From assembly GCA_965240325.2 (NCBI GenBank), contig OZ251242.1, positions 620,001 to 684,000 of the forward strand: a stretch of 64,000 nt of DNA. Reading direction: 5' to 3'. Below, in pieces: positions 62,600-64,000 of the stretch. The notes under the pieces were generated by a model that was not told the origin of the DNA, searched no databases, and worked only from the letters and a program-made list of their open reading frames with translations. This DNA comes from Rebecca billardiae RCC1528. Lineage: Eukaryota > Protista > Haptophyta. How positions within the stretch are numbered: the stretch's first letter is position 1; each line of letters begins with the position of its first letter. The translations under genes were made by a program, and so were the position numbers.

Positions 62600-64000
62600 C
62601 TGCATGCCCGCACCGTCAGCTGCCTGATTGCCGCTACCCAGCCCCGCTACCGTCGCGCGCGACATCCGCGCCGTAAATCACCGTCACCGAGCGGTCCGGC
62701 GAGCGCGCCGCCATCAATTTGCTCCTGAGTGCCGAAAACTCCTTCTCCGGAAGCCCAGCCTCCTCGCGCAGGAGCTTGCGCGCCGTCATGCACTCCGCGA
62801 TCAGGTCGATCGCGTCGGTCTCCGCCCTGCGCTGCCATTCGCGCTGCCGCTTGGCGTACTTCTTCAGCCAGAGCCGCCGCACCTTGTCGCCGAACTCCTC
62901 TGCCCACGTCGCAAGCGACACGCGGCGCACGAGCTGCGCGACCGTCGAGATGTGCGGCTCCGCCGTCGACTTCTTCCCCTCGGCGTACTCGCGGACGAAT
63001 GCGTTGAGTGACTTGCGCGCGTGCACGAGCGGCATCGCACGCTTGGTCACCTGCACGAAATGCCCCTGCACCTGCTCGTCCGCGAGCTGCACGAGGCGCC
63101 CCCGCCGCCTGAGGCGAGACGCCGTCTGCGCCCGCCTCCGTGACCGCCCAGACGTTGAAGCGGAGCGGTGGGACGTTGTGCGAGCCCTGGCCGGCGAGGC
63201 TGGCGAGGCTGACGTATGCGCCGGTGTACGCCACGATGGCCTTCTGCTCCTCCGCGTAGTCGGCCGCCTCGGCGCCGCCGCCAAAACCGCCGCCGGCCGC
63301 GCTGCCGCCTGCAGAGGCAGTGCTGCCACCGAGGCCGCGCTGCTGCGCGCCGCCGCCGGCCGCGCCGCCGCCGGCCGCGCCGCCACCAGCCGCACCACCA
63401 GCCGCACTGTCAGCCGCGCCGCTGGCCGCGCCACATGCCGCGCCACCGGCCGCGCGGACGCCAGCACCGGCTGTGCCGCCAGCCACGCCGCTGCCACTGC
63501 CGGCCGCGCCGCCCACGCCGCCGCCCGCGCCCGCGCCCGCGCCCGCGTTGCCAGCCGCGCCGCCGGCCGCGCCGCCGGCCGCGCCGCCGGCCGCGCCGCC
63601 GGCCGCGCCGCCGGCTGCGCCACCGGCCGCGCGGACGCCAGCGCCAGCGGTGCCACCAGCCACGCAGCTGCCGCTGCTGCTGCCACCAGTGCTGCTGCTG
63701 CCGCCCGCACCGGCCGCGCCGCCGCCGGCCGCGCCACCGCCGGCCGCGCCGCCGCCGGCCGCGCCGCCGCCGGCCGCGCGATCGCCAGCGCTGTCAGCCG
63801 CGCCGCTGTCCGCGCCACCGGCCGCACCTCCGGCCGCGCCTCCAGCCGCGCGGACGCCAGCGCCAGCTGTGCCGCCAGCCACGCCACTGCAGCTGCCGCC
63901 CGCGCCGCCCGCGCCGCCGCCAGCACCCGCGCCCGCGTTGCCAGCCGCGCCGCCGGCCGCGTCCGGCCGCGTCGCCGGGCGCACCGCCGCCTGGCGCGCA
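62600..64000 (-). pseudogene. Frameshifted ORF with Gly/Ala-rich repeats and a possible Fanzor1/TnpB-like segment; begins beyond the window
   Basis: KKSTAEP..EEFGDKVRRLWLKKYAKRQR..VTVIYGAD, with GMQGGP in the next frame. Frame changes near 63110 and 62660. Confidence 0.35.
63290..64000. repeat. Hierarchical minisatellite: 12-nt GCCGCGCCGCCG units inside ~180-220-bp blocks
   Basis: GCCGCGCGGACGCCAGC recurs at ~63450, ~63625 and ~63846; encodes (GGAA)n on the minus strand. Confidence 0.85.

Noticed and set aside
51442-62627. Many >400-aa ORFs on the minus strand and alternative plus frames
   Set aside because: These are shadows of extreme GC content (few stop codons); the translations are Arg/Ala/Pro noise with no motifs.

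Overview
Very GC-rich eukaryotic DNA with short GT-AG introns. Gene content and bipartite-looking N-terminal targeting peptides suggest a secondary-plastid alga, possibly a haptophyte (inference). Host genes: D-cysteine desulfhydrase, isopentenyl phosphate kinase, two AlkB dioxygenases, ER DnaJ, 2H phosphoesterase, Cys-less pentameric ligand-gated channel, FZR1/Cdh1, TAF1B/Rrn7, UBE2Q-like E2, MAPKK, a kinase-PAS/LOV-KA1 protein, endonuclease III and two giant Sfi1-like repeat genes. The accessory layer is dense. (i) Three young Ty1/copia elements with intact 5-bp TSDs: a full-length 2217-aa element with a MYND-like finger, an adjacent Gag-only relative, and an RT/RNase H-only element. All three lack the canonical TGG primer-binding site and have an in-frame ATG built from the LTR-terminal A plus the next TG. 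(ii) Two TIR DNA elements in (TA)n microsatellites, one with a decayed chromodomain ORF and one hosting a nested copia. (iii) A giant-virus-type AEP primase gene, an EsV-1-7 repeat ORF and a possible Fanzor remnant at the right edge. All domain calls come from reading motifs by eye; no database searches were run.
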